From: Bacillota bacterium
Lineage (GTDB): Bacteria; Bacillota; Ch66; Ch109
DNA length: 64,000 nt
Assembly (NCBI GenBank): GCA_050952625.1
Contig: JBMNLH010000004.1
Coordinates: 224,001 to 288,000 of the forward strand
Direction of reading: 5' to 3'
In this document: positions 40,358-50,504 of the stretch, one piece after another
Numbering within the stretch: the stretch's first letter is position 1
How the letters are laid out: every line of letters begins with the position of its first letter
Translations under genes and position numbers: made by a program
The notes under the pieces: model-generated
Told to the model about the DNA's origin: nothing
Databases searched by the model: none
Seen by the model: the letters and a program-made list of their open reading frames with translations, nothing else

Positions 40358-42124
40358 GTGAGTTATGTCGCCCTGTATCGGGAGTGGCGGCCCCAAAGTT
40401 TCCAAGAGGTGGTCGGACAAAGCCATATCACTAGGACCCTGCTTAATGCTTTAAAGCAGGAACGAGTTAGTCATGCTTATCTTTTTTGCGGACCGCGCGG
40501 TACCGGAAAGACGAGTGTGGCCAAAATATTGGCCAAAGCAGTTAATTGTTTAGATTCTCAAGCCGGCGAACCCTGCAATCAGTGTCTAAACTGCCAGTCG
40601 ATTACAGCCGGCAGCTCGCTGGATGTCCTGGAGATTGATGCTGCCTCTAACCGCGGGATAGATGAAATTCGAGAACTGCGGGAGCGAGTCCAATTTGTTC
40701 CGTCAGGCGGCCGTTTTCGAGTCTATATCATCGATGAAGTACATATGCTTACCACTGAGGCGTTTAATGCGCTATTAAAGACCCTGGAAGAGCCGCCGGG
40801 ACACGTTGTCTTTGTTTTGGCGACGACTGAAGCGCACAAAGTACCGACGACTATCCTTTCCCGATGCCAGCGTTTTGATTTTCACCGCATTGCTTTGGCT
40901 GATTTAGCCGAACGCTTACGGTTGGTAGCCGAAAAGCAAAACATTTCTATTTCTGAAGAGGCCCTAATGGCCATCGTTCGAACGGCTGAGGGCGGAATGC
41001 GTGATGCTTTAAGTCTCCTGGATCAATGTGCCGGTTTTGCTGATTCGGTGGTTAGTCTAGAGGATGTAAATCAGGTTCTTGGGACCGTCTCGGAGACGTT
41101 GCTCGCCCAAACGGTGGATGCTTTGGCGCAGAACGAACCGGCAACATTGCTCAGGCTGGTAGAAGAGGCGGTCAATCAAGGCAAAGATGTCCGTAAATTT
41201 GTGCGTGATTTAATCGGTTATTTGCGCGATCTGCTGTTAATCAGGCTGGGAGATCGAACAAGTCGGTTGGTAATCGTTTCCGAAACGAATCAAGAACGAT
41301 TGACCCTTCAGGCGAATCAATGGCCGACGGAGCGGCTTATCCAATTAATTCATCATTTCACTCGGGTTGAATCCGAAATGAAATGGGCCATTCAACCACG
41401 GTGGATGCTAGAAGCATCTTTGGTAGAAGCCGGGAGTGACTATGACTCTGATTCAATCGAGACCTTAAAACACCGGGTAGAGTTGTTGGAGAAGCATTTG
41501 GAACAATTGATCGGACCAGGCAAGCAAGTCGGCGATCAGGCGGTCCGGACTAACCCAGTCGTGGAAAAGAACAGAGCAGCGTCTAGCTTAAAGACGATCA
41601 GTGAGGGGGTGCCGGGAACTGCTCCGGAAAAGCCCAAGCAAAGCAAACTGTTAACCCAGCCGGTCCAACAAAGGGAGATTGCAGAACAATTGCCCCCAGA
41701 GCCATCAGATATAAAACCCCTGGCCGAGAAGCAGTCAACTGGTGAACTAAATCTTACTCTTATCCAAGCGCAATGGAAACAGTTCATGGAGGCCCTGCGG
41801 AAGCGCAGTATTTCCCTGCATGCTTTGGTGCTTGAGGCGGAACCAACCGACTGGCTTGAGGGGACTTTGGGACTTTCTTTTCGAAAAGGGTGCAATTTTC
41901 ACCGGCAAAAGGTAGAGGAAACTGCTAATAAAACCACAGTGGAGGAGGTTCTGAGTCAGGTATTTCAGCAGCCCTTGCGCATCCGCTGCAGTATGCAGGA
42001 CTCAGATGAGCCTAATCAAAAGACTGACTCCCAAAACCTGTCCGAACCGGATGATCCCTGGCAGGACCCTCTAGTTCAGGGAGCAGCTGAAATTTTTGGA
42101 GCTGACCGAATCAAAATTAAATAG
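40358..42124 (+). CDS. dnaX: DNA polymerase III gamma/tau
   Basis: ALYREWRPQ, GPRGTGKT, EIDAASN, IIDEVHML, SRCQRF. Confidence 0.97.
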   Translation: MSYVALYREWRPQSFQEVVGQSHITRTLLNALKQERVSHAYLFCGPRGTGKTSVAKILAKAVNCLDSQAGEPCNQCLNCQSITAGSSLDVLEIDAASNRGIDEIRELRERVQFVPSGGRFRVYIIDEVHMLTTEAFNALLKTLEEPPGHVVFVLATTEAHKVPTTILSRCQRFDFHRIALADLAERLRLVAEKQNISISEEALMAIVRTAEGGMRDALSLLDQCAGFADSVVSLEDVNQVLGTVSETLLAQTVDALAQNEPATLLRLVEEAVNQGKDVRKFVRDLIGYLRDLLLIRLGDRTSRLVIVSETNQERLTLQANQWPTERLIQLIHHFTRVESEMKWAIQPRWMLEASLVEAGSDYDSDSIETLKHRVELLEKHLEQLIGPGKQVGDQAVRTNPVVEKNRAASSLKTISEGVPGTAPEKPKQSKLLTQPVQQREIAEQLPPEPSDIKPLAEKQSTGELNLTLIQAQWKQFMEALRKRSISLHALVLEAEPTDWLEGTLGLSFRKGCNFHRQKVEETANKTTVEEVLSQVFQQPLRIRCSMQDSDEPNQKTDSQNLSEPDDPWQDPLVQGAAEIFGADRIKIK

Positions 42125-42197
42125 TCAGTCACAGAAGAAATCTAATCAGCCATAAGAGAAGTCGAGCCCTAATCTACTATAAAAAGGAGATGGAATT

Positions 42198-42515
42198 ATG
42201 AAATTTGGCGACATGGGTAAAATGATGAAACAGGTGCAAAAGATGCAGGCGGATATGGCCAAAATGCAAGAAGACCTTAAGGAAATGACAGTTGAAGCGA
42301 CTGCTGGCGGGGGCGTTGTTCGAGTGGTTGCTACAGGGAAGCAGGAGATCAGGGAAATTAAGATTGATCCTGAAGTAGTAAACGCCGAAGATGTTGAAAT
42401 GCTCGAAGACTTAGTCCTGGCCGCGGTTAACGAAGCCCTGCGTAAATCAACCGAACTTCAGGCAGAGGAAATGGCGAAAATTACCGGGGGCATAAAGATC
42501 CCGGGTCTGTTCTAA
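42198..42515 (+). CDS. ybaB: YbaB/EbfC nucleoid-associated protein
   Basis: MMKQVQKMQ, AGGG, DVEMLEDLVLAAVNEA. Confidence 0.96.
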   Translation: MKFGDMGKMMKQVQKMQADMAKMQEDLKEMTVEATAGGGVVRVVATGKQEIREIKIDPEVVNAEDVEMLEDLVLAAVNEALRKSTELQAEEMAKITGGIKIPGLF

Positions 42516-42537
42516 CGCGGATAGACTATATTAGGTT

Positions 42538-42705
42538 GCTGCACAACCACTAATGAGCATAGCGGACCTATGTCATCCTGAACGTTAGCGCAGGATCCTG
42601 CTTTTCAGCGTGGGAAGGATTCTTCGCTTCGCTCAGAATTATCATGCGTTGACCGCACCATGATAAACGAATAAATGGTTATATTCAGAGCAATGACACG
42701 ATACT
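42538..42705 (+). repeat. Repeat family B copy between ybaB and recR
   Basis: Homologous to 28870-29030. Confidence 0.8.
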
Positions 42706-42775
42706 AAAAAATTATCTGTTTAAATTAAACTAACCGGGACAGTTAACCTGTCCCGTGTTCCTTGAGAGGTCAGGT

Positions 42776-43375
42776 ATGTCTTATTTTGCAGGGCCAATCG
42801 CTTATCTGATTAATGAGTTGCACAAACTGCCGGGAATTGGGCCGAAGTCGGCCCAGCGGCTGGCTTTTTATATTTTGCAGCTGCCGGTTGACGAAGCCCG
42901 TCGATTAGCTGAGGCTATTTTGATGGCCCGGGAAAAGGTGAGTTATTGCTCAATCTGCTATAACCTGACTGATCGCGACCCCTGCCTTATCTGTCAGGAT
43001 GAAGCCCGAGATTCTTCGTTGTTGTGTGTCGTGGAACAGCCCCGCGATATCACGGCGATTGAGAAAACGCGGGGGTACCGCGGGCTTTATCATGTGTTGC
43101 AAGGGGCGATTTCTCCGATGGATGGGATCGGCCCCGAGCAATTGCGGATTCGGGAATTGCTCAATCGAATAAATCAGGGGCAGGTCAAGGAGGTTATTTT
43201 AGGAACAAACCTCAACACAGAGGGCGACGTTACCGCCATGTATCTTGCCCGGTTATTGAAACCACTGGGCATACGGGTAACCCGTTTAGCTCACGGACTG
43301 CCAGTCGGCGGTGATTTGGAGTATGCTGATGAATTGACTTTGGGAAAATCCCTCGAAGGTCGTCGGGAAATGTAA
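42776..43375 (+). CDS. recR: Recombination mediator RecR
   Basis: LPGIGPKSAQRLA, C4 zinc finger, Toprim, GGDLEYAD. Confidence 0.97.
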   Translation: MSYFAGPIAYLINELHKLPGIGPKSAQRLAFYILQLPVDEARRLAEAILMAREKVSYCSICYNLTDRDPCLICQDEARDSSLLCVVEQPRDITAIEKTRGYRGLYHVLQGAISPMDGIGPEQLRIRELLNRINQGQVKEVILGTNLNTEGDVTAMYLARLLKPLGIRVTRLAHGLPVGGDLEYADELTLGKSLEGRREM

Positions 43376-43455
43376 AAAAATACGCTACCGTTCTAATTTC
43401 TCTTTTCCAAACGTATACATTTTATGGAATAGTTTGGGAAAGGGAGGACGACGGG

Positions 43456-43806
43456 GTGAGGCTGAAAGAATATGCCCAAAGGCTTACGAATTTAATAACC
43501 ACCAAGTTTTGTTGCTGGAAAAAGGAAAAACTCAGTCAGGTGTTTAGAAACAGAAAAACTTATGATAGTAATAGTGATCGGGAAGAATATCTCCGGCTTA
43601 TCTGGGAGGCGCATCAGGATTGGGTCCAAGCGTATCATCTGCTTGACTCGGTAGTTGAATCAGAAAGAGTGGAGTACGCGATCCAATTTCTAAACGCAGC
43701 GGAAAACCGCTACCAGTATTTGTTAAAATGGGCGCGGCTTAATCAGGTAACCGCATTTGATCCCAACTTACTCCAGGGGGTGGAAACCGATGCTTCCGTA
43801 TGTTGA
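43456..43806 (+). CDS. yaaL: YaaL/DUF2508 family protein
   Basis: EAHQDW..A...VEYAI..LNAAE.RY.YLLK; synteny. Confidence 0.8.
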   Translation: MRLKEYAQRLTNLITTKFCCWKKEKLSQVFRNRKTYDSNSDREEYLRLIWEAHQDWVQAYHLLDSVVESERVEYAIQFLNAAENRYQYLLKWARLNQVTAFDPNLLQGVETDASVC

Positions 43807-44056
43807 TATTGCCATCGCGGCAATATTTGCCTTGTTTTTAATCGTTTTGCTAGGTCGGGCGATATTTACCCCGTTGCGGTGGTTTTTTAAACTGCTCATT
43901 AACTCGGCGGTTGGGTTGTTTTTGTTATTATTGGTTAATTTTGTCGGGAGTCCATTTGGATTTGGCTTACCAATAAATCTGGTTAGTGTTTTAGTAGCGG
44001 GTTTTCTCGGCCTTCCTGGAGTTTTATTATTATTAGTTCTCAGCTTCTTGAGGTAA
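43790..44056 (+). CDS. bofA: Pro-sigmaK processing inhibitor BofA
   Basis: NSAVG...LPIN...AGFLGLPGV; synteny after recR. Confidence 0.9.
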   Translation: MLPYVDIAIAAIFALFLIVLLGRAIFTPLRWFFKLLINSAVGLFLLLLVNFVGSPFGFGLPINLVSVLVAGFLGLPGVLLLLVLSFLR

Positions 44057-44277
44057 TTATTTTCTAATGGCTTGTGTCTTTAAGCTCAAAATCTAGATTA
44101 ATATTGTATCAAGAATACTGTACCTGGAATAATGCGCCGTAAAGTGCATATATTTTTAGAACTTTCGAACTTAGGACGGTATTTCGCCCTATATAACCGT
44201 TTTGCTTGACGAATCTGGACCGCTTCAGTATACTAGTAGGAAGCGCAGAGAGAGGAAGGTTAGAAAGGATCGGAAGG

Positions 44278-44982
44278 GTGAATACCATAGATCAAAATAA
44301 AGCAGAAGACTTGCCTGGCAACCGTATTATTGAAGCTTATGTAGGCGAATATGCCAGCGGAAAAAGCGAAAATGCGGTTAATCGAGCGCTTGATCTGGCA
44401 GATAAAGGCAGGAAAGTGACTCTGGTTGATCTGGATACGGTAGAACCTTGCTATACCTTAAGGCCCCTGAAAGGCCCCCTGTCGGAACTGGGGATCGACG
44501 TAATTGCTTGGGAAACTAAACAATTGATCGGCCTTGGTGAAGCGGGGATGGTTTTGCATCCCCATATTCCTTTAGTTTTGCATCGTCAGGGGGACATAAT
44601 TCTTGATGTTGGTTATGGGGTTGGTGGAGCCAGGACCCTCAATTTAGTTGAGGGAGCTCAGACCAGTCAGGACCTGCGAGTACTGGTAGTAATCAACGTC
44701 TCGCGACCAATGACTAGTACGCTTGAGGATATTGTGGAGTATATTCGGGGGATTGGTAGGGTTGATGGTATAATCAACAATTCCCATCTGGGAACAGAAA
44801 CTGATCTGGAGATAATTCAGAGAGGGGTTTATTTGGTTACTGAGGCCGCTCATAAGCTGGGTCTTCCAGTTGAAGCTACGGTGGTCGAAGAAAGATGGCG
44901 AGAAGTGATCGGACCGATTGATTGTCTGGGTAATCCGGTTCGATTTCTTAGAAAACGATTTATGGCCGATAGTTTCTGGTAA
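44278..44982 (+). CDS. P-loop protein associated with the 2-oxoacid:ferredoxin oxidoreductase operon
   Basis: GEYASGKSE, LVDLDTVEP, ILDVG, INNSHL. Confidence 0.8.
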   Translation: MNTIDQNKAEDLPGNRIIEAYVGEYASGKSENAVNRALDLADKGRKVTLVDLDTVEPCYTLRPLKGPLSELGIDVIAWETKQLIGLGEAGMVLHPHIPLVLHRQGDIILDVGYGVGGARTLNLVEGAQTSQDLRVLVVINVSRPMTSTLEDIVEYIRGIGRVDGIINNSHLGTETDLEIIQRGVYLVTEAAHKLGLPVEATVVEERWREVIGPIDCLGNPVRFLRKRFMADSFW

Positions 44983-45003
44983 ATAGATAGGAGGTGCCAA
45001 TAT

Positions 45004-46089
45004 TTGGCCAGCGTTATTGATGCAGAAAAAAAGGTCTATATAACCGGTAATGAGGCTGCGGCTTGGGCAGCTTTAGCGGCCGGGGCAGATATTATGTTTG
45101 GTTATCCGATTACTCCACAGAATGAGATTATGCATTACTGGACGCGTTTAGCCCCTAAACATAATCGAAAGTTTTTGCAAACCGAAGATGAGATTTCGGC
45201 TGGATTTACCACCTGCGGTGCTCTCCAGGCCGGACGGAAAGCCTTTACCGCCACCGCCGGTCCGGGGAATGTGCTGATGCAAGAACCTTTCGGCATGGCC
45301 GAAGGGATGCGGTTGCCTTTTGTCGCGATCATTCAGCAGCGGGGAGGCCCATCTTCCGGCACTGTCGTCTATTCCCAACAGGAAGTCAACTTGACAACTT
45401 ATGGTGGGAATGGTGAAGGTCACCGGATTGTTTATTCGACCGCTTGTCATCAGGAAATATACGATTATGTGATTAAGGCTTTTAATGTCGCCTGGAAATA
45501 TCGTTTCCCCACTTTTGTGTTAGGTGATGGTTATCAAGCCAAGATGCGCGAACCAATGGTCATGTATGATCCGGCCTCCCGAGGGATAGAAATGGTTCCG
45601 GCCCAAAGCCTGGTGGGACTGCCCGGCGAAATCGGGGTTGACCGGGAAAGTGTGCACCTGTGCAATATTTATAGCCTGGAAGAAGAACTGTATGACGTTC
45701 TGCAAAAGCTAGAAGCTGATTACAATAAAATTATCCCGGAAGTAATCGAATACGATGCCAAATTCTGTGATGATGCTGAAATAATTATCATATCCCATGG
45801 CGTGGTTTCCCGGGCTGCTTGGGATGCGGTGAAGATGTTACGCGATCAAGGCGTTCGGGCTGGTTATTTCCGACCAATTACCTTACGGCCTTTCCCGCAG
45901 GAAGCCTTGAAAAAAGCAGCGGCTTCAGCGCGGAAGATACTAGTGGTTGAATCAGCGGTGAACCAGTTGCAGCGTTTAGTAAAGGAGAATATCTATGGCC
46001 TCACTCTAGGCATCGAATCTCTGGCTAAACCTGGAGTAGGCATTGATGCTGATGAGATCGTCGCCCGGTATAAAGAGATTCAGGGGTAA
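45004..46089 (+). CDS. 2-oxoacid:ferredoxin oxidoreductase alpha subunit
   Basis: GNEA, GYPITPQNE, TATAGPG, QRGGPSSG. Confidence 0.93.
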   Translation: MASVIDAEKKVYITGNEAAAWAALAAGADIMFGYPITPQNEIMHYWTRLAPKHNRKFLQTEDEISAGFTTCGALQAGRKAFTATAGPGNVLMQEPFGMAEGMRLPFVAIIQQRGGPSSGTVVYSQQEVNLTTYGGNGEGHRIVYSTACHQEIYDYVIKAFNVAWKYRFPTFVLGDGYQAKMREPMVMYDPASRGIEMVPAQSLVGLPGEIGVDRESVHLCNIYSLEEELYDVLQKLEADYNKIIPEVIEYDAKFCDDAEIIIISHGVVSRAAWDAVKMLRDQGVRAGYFRPITLRPFPQEALKKAAASARKILVVESAVNQLQRLVKENIYGLTLGIESLAKPGVGIDADEIVARYKEIQG

Positions 46090-46341
46090 CCATCCCTGAC
46101 TCCTATTGATAATACCCTAAGCTCCACTTAATGACCTTGGCATTTCCTGTTTTCTGTTCTGAGTATTATTTCCCCTAATCGGATCTAAATATGTCCAAGA
46201 TCTGCGCCTGAAATAATAAAACTAGATACCTGGTGTTGTGTTTTTTATATTGTGTTTTCTTTTATCGTGTTTCTGTATCTTACTTTCTTACTATATCATA
46301 TCAAATAATCTAACCAGTTATTCAGAGAGGAGGGCTGATAA

Positions 46342-47106
46342 GTGTCAGCCACACAACCTATATTACAGCCCAAGATGCCCAAATCTTGGTATAAGGCGAA
46401 TAAGCCGCATCTTTTTTGTCCCGGTTGTGGCCATGGAATGGTTTTGAAAGCTCTAGGTGAAGCGATTGACGAGCTAGGGATTCAGAGCAAGACTGTTTTT
46501 GGCTGCGATATTGGATGCTCCCTGCTGGCTTGGAATTTCTTGGACGTAGATTCGACGCAAACCCACCATGGTCGGACCACACCGGTAATGGTCGGTTTAA
46601 AACGAGCTAACCCGGAGTTAGTCACCGTGGCCTATATGGGTGATGGCGGGGGTTATGCTATTGGTTCCCAACATACCGTCAATGCGGCGATTCGTAATGA
46701 AAAGATTACCGTTATTTTAGTTAATAATACTAACTATGGCATGACCGGCGGTCAAATGGCTCCAACCACTCTGCCTGGTCAGAAGACCGAAACTACTCCC
46801 TTTGGACGAGACCCGGAGGAGACCGGCTATCCCACCCGGGGACCGGAAATGATCGCTGCGATTGCTCCGGAAGGAGCTTACGTCGCCAGAGGTACAGTCG
46901 CCAATTTGCGGCAGCTCAAGGGTTATATTAAGAAAGCCTTAGAGAATCAAATGGCCGGCCGCGGTTTCTCCTTCGTTGAAGCCCTTTCGCTTTGCCCGAC
47001 TAACTGGCGGACTAACGCCAAGGATACCTGGGCATTTTTAGAGGGGAAAATGACCCAGTATTTCCCAGTGGGAGAGCTAAGAGTTCCAAAGCAGAAGGAG
47101 GAATAA
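46342..47106 (+). CDS. 2-oxoacid:ferredoxin oxidoreductase beta subunit (TPP)
   Basis: FCPGCGHG, GDGG, NYGMTGGQ, CPTNW. Confidence 0.93.
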   Translation: MSATQPILQPKMPKSWYKANKPHLFCPGCGHGMVLKALGEAIDELGIQSKTVFGCDIGCSLLAWNFLDVDSTQTHHGRTTPVMVGLKRANPELVTVAYMGDGGGYAIGSQHTVNAAIRNEKITVILVNNTNYGMTGGQMAPTTLPGQKTETTPFGRDPEETGYPTRGPEMIAAIAPEGAYVARGTVANLRQLKGYIKKALENQMAGRGFSFVEALSLCPTNWRTNAKDTWAFLEGKMTQYFPVGELRVPKQKEE

Positions 47107-47108
47107 AA

Positions 47109-47672
47109 GTGGGTAAGGTGGTTAGAATTGCCCTGGCCGGGGAAGGTGGCCAAGGGGTTCAATCAATCGCGGAAATATTAACTGAAGCGGCTTTTAGTGA
47201 AGGTAAGGAAACTCTTTACTGTCCTAACTTCGGATTGGAACAAAGAGGCGGAGTTTCCATTGCGTTTGTCCAGATCGGAGAAGAGCGGATTGGCTCGCCA
47301 AAATTCAAAACCGGCGATATCGTTATTGCTCTGAGTGGTCGGGCAATCCGTCGAGCCCAGCAGTATGTTGGCCCGGAGACTATCTTTGTGTATGATACAT
47401 CTATTGAAGGAGCAGAAGAGTGCTTGCCCCAAAATGCCGGCCGAATTATGGCTATTCCCGCCATTCAACGATCACGCGAAGAACTGCACCCCCGGGTTTT
47501 CAATATTGTAATCATGGGCGCAGTCATTGGGGCCACCCATGTGGTCACCATCGAACAGGCCAAAGAAGCATTAGAAGCCAAGCTGGGAGGTAAGTTTAAA
47601 CAAAATCCGGCTTTGCGTGAGATGAATTTTAAGGCTCTGGAGATTGGTGCGGAAATGGTAAAAACAAACTAG
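47109..47672 (+). CDS. 2-oxoacid:ferredoxin oxidoreductase gamma subunit
   Basis: AGEGGQGV, EQRGG, NIVIMGA. Confidence 0.93.
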   Translation: MGKVVRIALAGEGGQGVQSIAEILTEAAFSEGKETLYCPNFGLEQRGGVSIAFVQIGEERIGSPKFKTGDIVIALSGRAIRRAQQYVGPETIFVYDTSIEGAEECLPQNAGRIMAIPAIQRSREELHPRVFNIVIMGAVIGATHVVTIEQAKEALEAKLGGKFKQNPALREMNFKALEIGAEMVKTN

Positions 47673-47747
47673 GCAGTTATCGAGATTTTAAAGCGACCAA
47701 ACCGGATTAAGGAAACATTAGATGAAACCGGAAGGAGAGTTGGCCAG

Positions 47748-48002
47748 GTGACTACGCCGGAAAAAGTATTAACCGTGGATGTGCCGCGTGGGAGGTTTAA
47801 CCTGTTTACCTCCCTGTGTAAAGGATGTGGTCTCTGCAAAGAAAAATGTCCCAAAGAATGCCTGATCTGGGCTGAAGATCTGGGGGCTTACGGTACCCCG
47901 GCGGTAATCCCGGATGATCCGCAAAAATGTATTGCCTGTGGGATTTGCGAGCAGGTTTGTCCTGACTGTGCAATTCTCATTGAAAAGAAAAAGGCGAAGT
48001 AA
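47748..48002 (+). CDS. 2x[4Fe-4S] ferredoxin (delta subunit)
   Basis: CKGCGLC...CP and CIACGIC...CP. Confidence 0.93.
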   Translation: MTTPEKVLTVDVPRGRFNLFTSLCKGCGLCKEKCPKECLIWAEDLGAYGTPAVIPDDPQKCIACGICEQVCPDCAILIEKKKAK

Positions 48003-48074
48003 GCATGGCAGAAAAACAGCAGCAGAGACTCGTCCATCAAGGCCTTTCCGAAAGAGGGAAGGCCTTATTATTGT

Positions 48075-48310
48075 TGCGCTTGTATTTTAACTGAGGTTAG
48101 CAGGCTTGACTGGGAACGAACTTCGTCGGCTTCGGGCCGGCATCAAACTCGCCTTTCGGGCTCAAACAGTGATGCCTGCTGATCCTCAGCCGCCTCTGTT
48201 CCCTGATGTAAATCGCCAATCGCTGACCGCAGTTAAAACACGGCGCGACTGGTTTTTTGTTCTTTGGCACTTGTTTTTAACTCGGTCAGCCAGCTAGACT
48301 GGGAACGAAC
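48075..48310 (+). repeat. Repeat family C, long form
   Basis: Reverse complement of 52795-52966; divergent copy at 48935-49083. Confidence 0.8.
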
Positions 48311-48383
48311 CTCATGTAAAACTATGACCGAACATAATGGGAGGTCTGTGCTATAATAAGGGCAAGAAGGGAGAGGTCAACGG

Positions 48384-48908
48384 GTGAAGAAGTTCCGAAA
48401 TCGAATTTTGGAAGCCGGCGTGGATTTTCAGGCCTGCTATCAGTGCGGTAAGTGTACGGCTGGCTGCCCGGTGGCCTTCGCGATGGATTATGGCCCGCGG
48501 CAGATTGTTCGATTTCTGCAGCTAGGGATGTGGGAAGAGGCGTTTAGCTCCCATAGTATCTGGTTGTGTACGGCTTGTGACACTTGTTCTACGCGCTGTC
48601 CCCGGGGGGTAAATCCCGCTCAGATGATGGACTGGCTGCGCGTAGAGGCCGGTCGGCAAGGGATGGTGGCTGAGCCAAAGGTAAAAATTTTTAATGATAC
48701 TTTCTTAAAGCTAGTTGAAAAGTACGGTCGGGTACCAGAAGGCGAGTTAGTGATCCGATATAACTTCCGTTCCGGACAAGTCTTTAAAGATGCCCGTCTC
48801 GGGCCGGCGATGCTGCGTCGGGGAAAACTGCATTTAATTCCCCGCCGAATTCGAGGAATCGGCTCTCTGCGTCAGGTGTTTAAACGGGTCAAACCGGTCA
48901 ATCGCTAG
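48384..48908 (+). CDS. hdrC: Heterodisulfide reductase subunit C-like Fe-S protein
   Basis: CYQCGKCTAGCP, IWLCTACDTCSTRCP. Confidence 0.9.
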   Translation: MKKFRNRILEAGVDFQACYQCGKCTAGCPVAFAMDYGPRQIVRFLQLGMWEEAFSSHSIWLCTACDTCSTRCPRGVNPAQMMDWLRVEAGRQGMVAEPKVKIFNDTFLKLVEKYGRVPEGELVIRYNFRSGQVFKDARLGPAMLRRGKLHLIPRRIRGIGSLRQVFKRVKPVNR

Positions 48909-49160
48909 GTTGCGAGGATAGTTGATGCATATGGTTTGCTCGGTCAGCAGACTAGGCTAGGAATGAATCTCGTCGGCTTCTGACAGGTCAAAACTGACCC
49001 TGTGGGTCAAACAATGATGCTAATTCTCAGCAACCTCGTTCTCGATCACCGACCATCAATCGCTGGCCTTGAAAACACGGCGTATAAGCGTATATTTGTT
49101 ATTATTACCGACGGTGCCGTTTGGCGGTATGAAGGTCAACAGAAGGGATTAGAAAAGTAG

Positions 49161-50027
49161 ATGAAATTTGCCTATTTTCCCGGTTGCTCTCTTAATACTA
49201 CTGGTCTGGAGTACGGCTGGTCAACCCGAGCCGTCGCTACTGCTCTGGACATTACCCTCCAGGAGATACCGGACTGGAACTGTTGTGGGGCGAGTTCGGC
49301 TCATTGTACAGATGACTGGCTTTCTTTAGTCCTTCCAGCCCGAAACCTAGCTTTAGCGGAACAAATGGGTTTAGATGTGGTCGCGCCCTGCGCCGGGTGC
49401 TTTAGCCGGTTGCGCGCGGCAGAATCGGTTATTCGTCAACCGGACCGGCGGGCCGAGCTCCAAGAGGCTTTAGGGATGCCTTTAAACGGGGAAGTTAAGA
49501 CCTGCAGTTTGTTAGATCTCCTGGCCAACCGAGTAGGCATCCCGGCAATTCAGAACAAAGTAGTTAAACCATTAACCGGACTTCGCCTTGTTTGCTATTA
49601 TGGTTGTCTCCTGGTTCGTCCGCCGGGGATAACCGGTTTTGATGACCCGGAAAACCCGCAGTCCATGGATCAACTGATGAAAGCCTTAGGGGCAGCCGTT
49701 TTAGACTGGCCGTGTAAAACGGAGTGCTGCGGGGGAAATCTGGCAACACCGCGAACTGACTTGACCCTTCAGATTTCAGGCAATCTATTGAAAACAGTCT
49801 ATGCAGCCGGAGCTGAGGCAGTGGTAACTGCCTGCCCGTTATGCATGATTAATCTGGATGCCCGGCAAAAGGAAATGACGAAACGATTTGGCCGGTTGTT
49901 TCAGGTGCCTGTTTTTTACTTTACCGAACTCATCGGTTTAAGTATGGGGTTTGCTCCTGAAACCTTGGGCTTAAACCGCCATTTTACAGACACTCTGTCC
50001 TTATTAAGCGGACAGGCTCTAATATAA
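49161..50027 (+). CDS. hdrB: Heterodisulfide reductase subunit B-like protein
   Basis: YFPGC, WNCCG, YYGC, ECCGG, CPLC (two CCG domains). Confidence 0.92.
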   Translation: MKFAYFPGCSLNTTGLEYGWSTRAVATALDITLQEIPDWNCCGASSAHCTDDWLSLVLPARNLALAEQMGLDVVAPCAGCFSRLRAAESVIRQPDRRAELQEALGMPLNGEVKTCSLLDLLANRVGIPAIQNKVVKPLTGLRLVCYYGCLLVRPPGITGFDDPENPQSMDQLMKALGAAVLDWPCKTECCGGNLATPRTDLTLQISGNLLKTVYAAGAEAVVTACPLCMINLDARQKEMTKRFGRLFQVPVFYFTELIGLSMGFAPETLGLNRHFTDTLSLLSGQALI

Positions 50028-50130
50028 AATAATTATTTCCAGCAAGAATTAAGCCGCAAAGTAGAGCCATTTAGATTTTGGGGCATACTATAGTAGTAGG
50101 ATACCCGGGTTAATAAGGGATGGTGGTAAT

Positions 50131-50361
50131 ATGGCTAATCTGAGTCAAGATAGCAATCTTCTTCCCCAGTGCCTGATTTGTGGGCAAACCCCTGACCAGG
50201 GGATTATTGGTGGTGTCTTGATCCGGAAACACTTTCTTTGTGATGCCTGTCAGGAGAGAATTCTGGAAACGTCGATTGAGGAACCTTTTTACCAGCAAAT
50301 GAAAGAAGGGCTAAAAGAACTGTGGACTACCCCACTTAGGGTTAAAACGGCGGAAGGGTAG
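50131..50361 (+). CDS. csfB: Sigma-G inhibitor Gin/CsfB
   Basis: CLICG...GG...FLCDAC...FYQ; synteny before yaaO. Confidence 0.8.
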   Translation: MANLSQDSNLLPQCLICGQTPDQGIIGGVLIRKHFLCDACQERILETSIEEPFYQQMKEGLKELWTTPLRVKTAEG

Positions 50362-50504
50362 TTTAAGGCTGAGATAATGAGATATATGGATACTATATAA
50401 GGAAGGGCAGCTTGGCTAGCCCTTTTTTGAATTATATGGTACACTGGGAGCAAAAAGTTGGGTAAGCAGCTTTCTTTAACGTTAACCACTAAGGGAGTAC
50501 GGCG

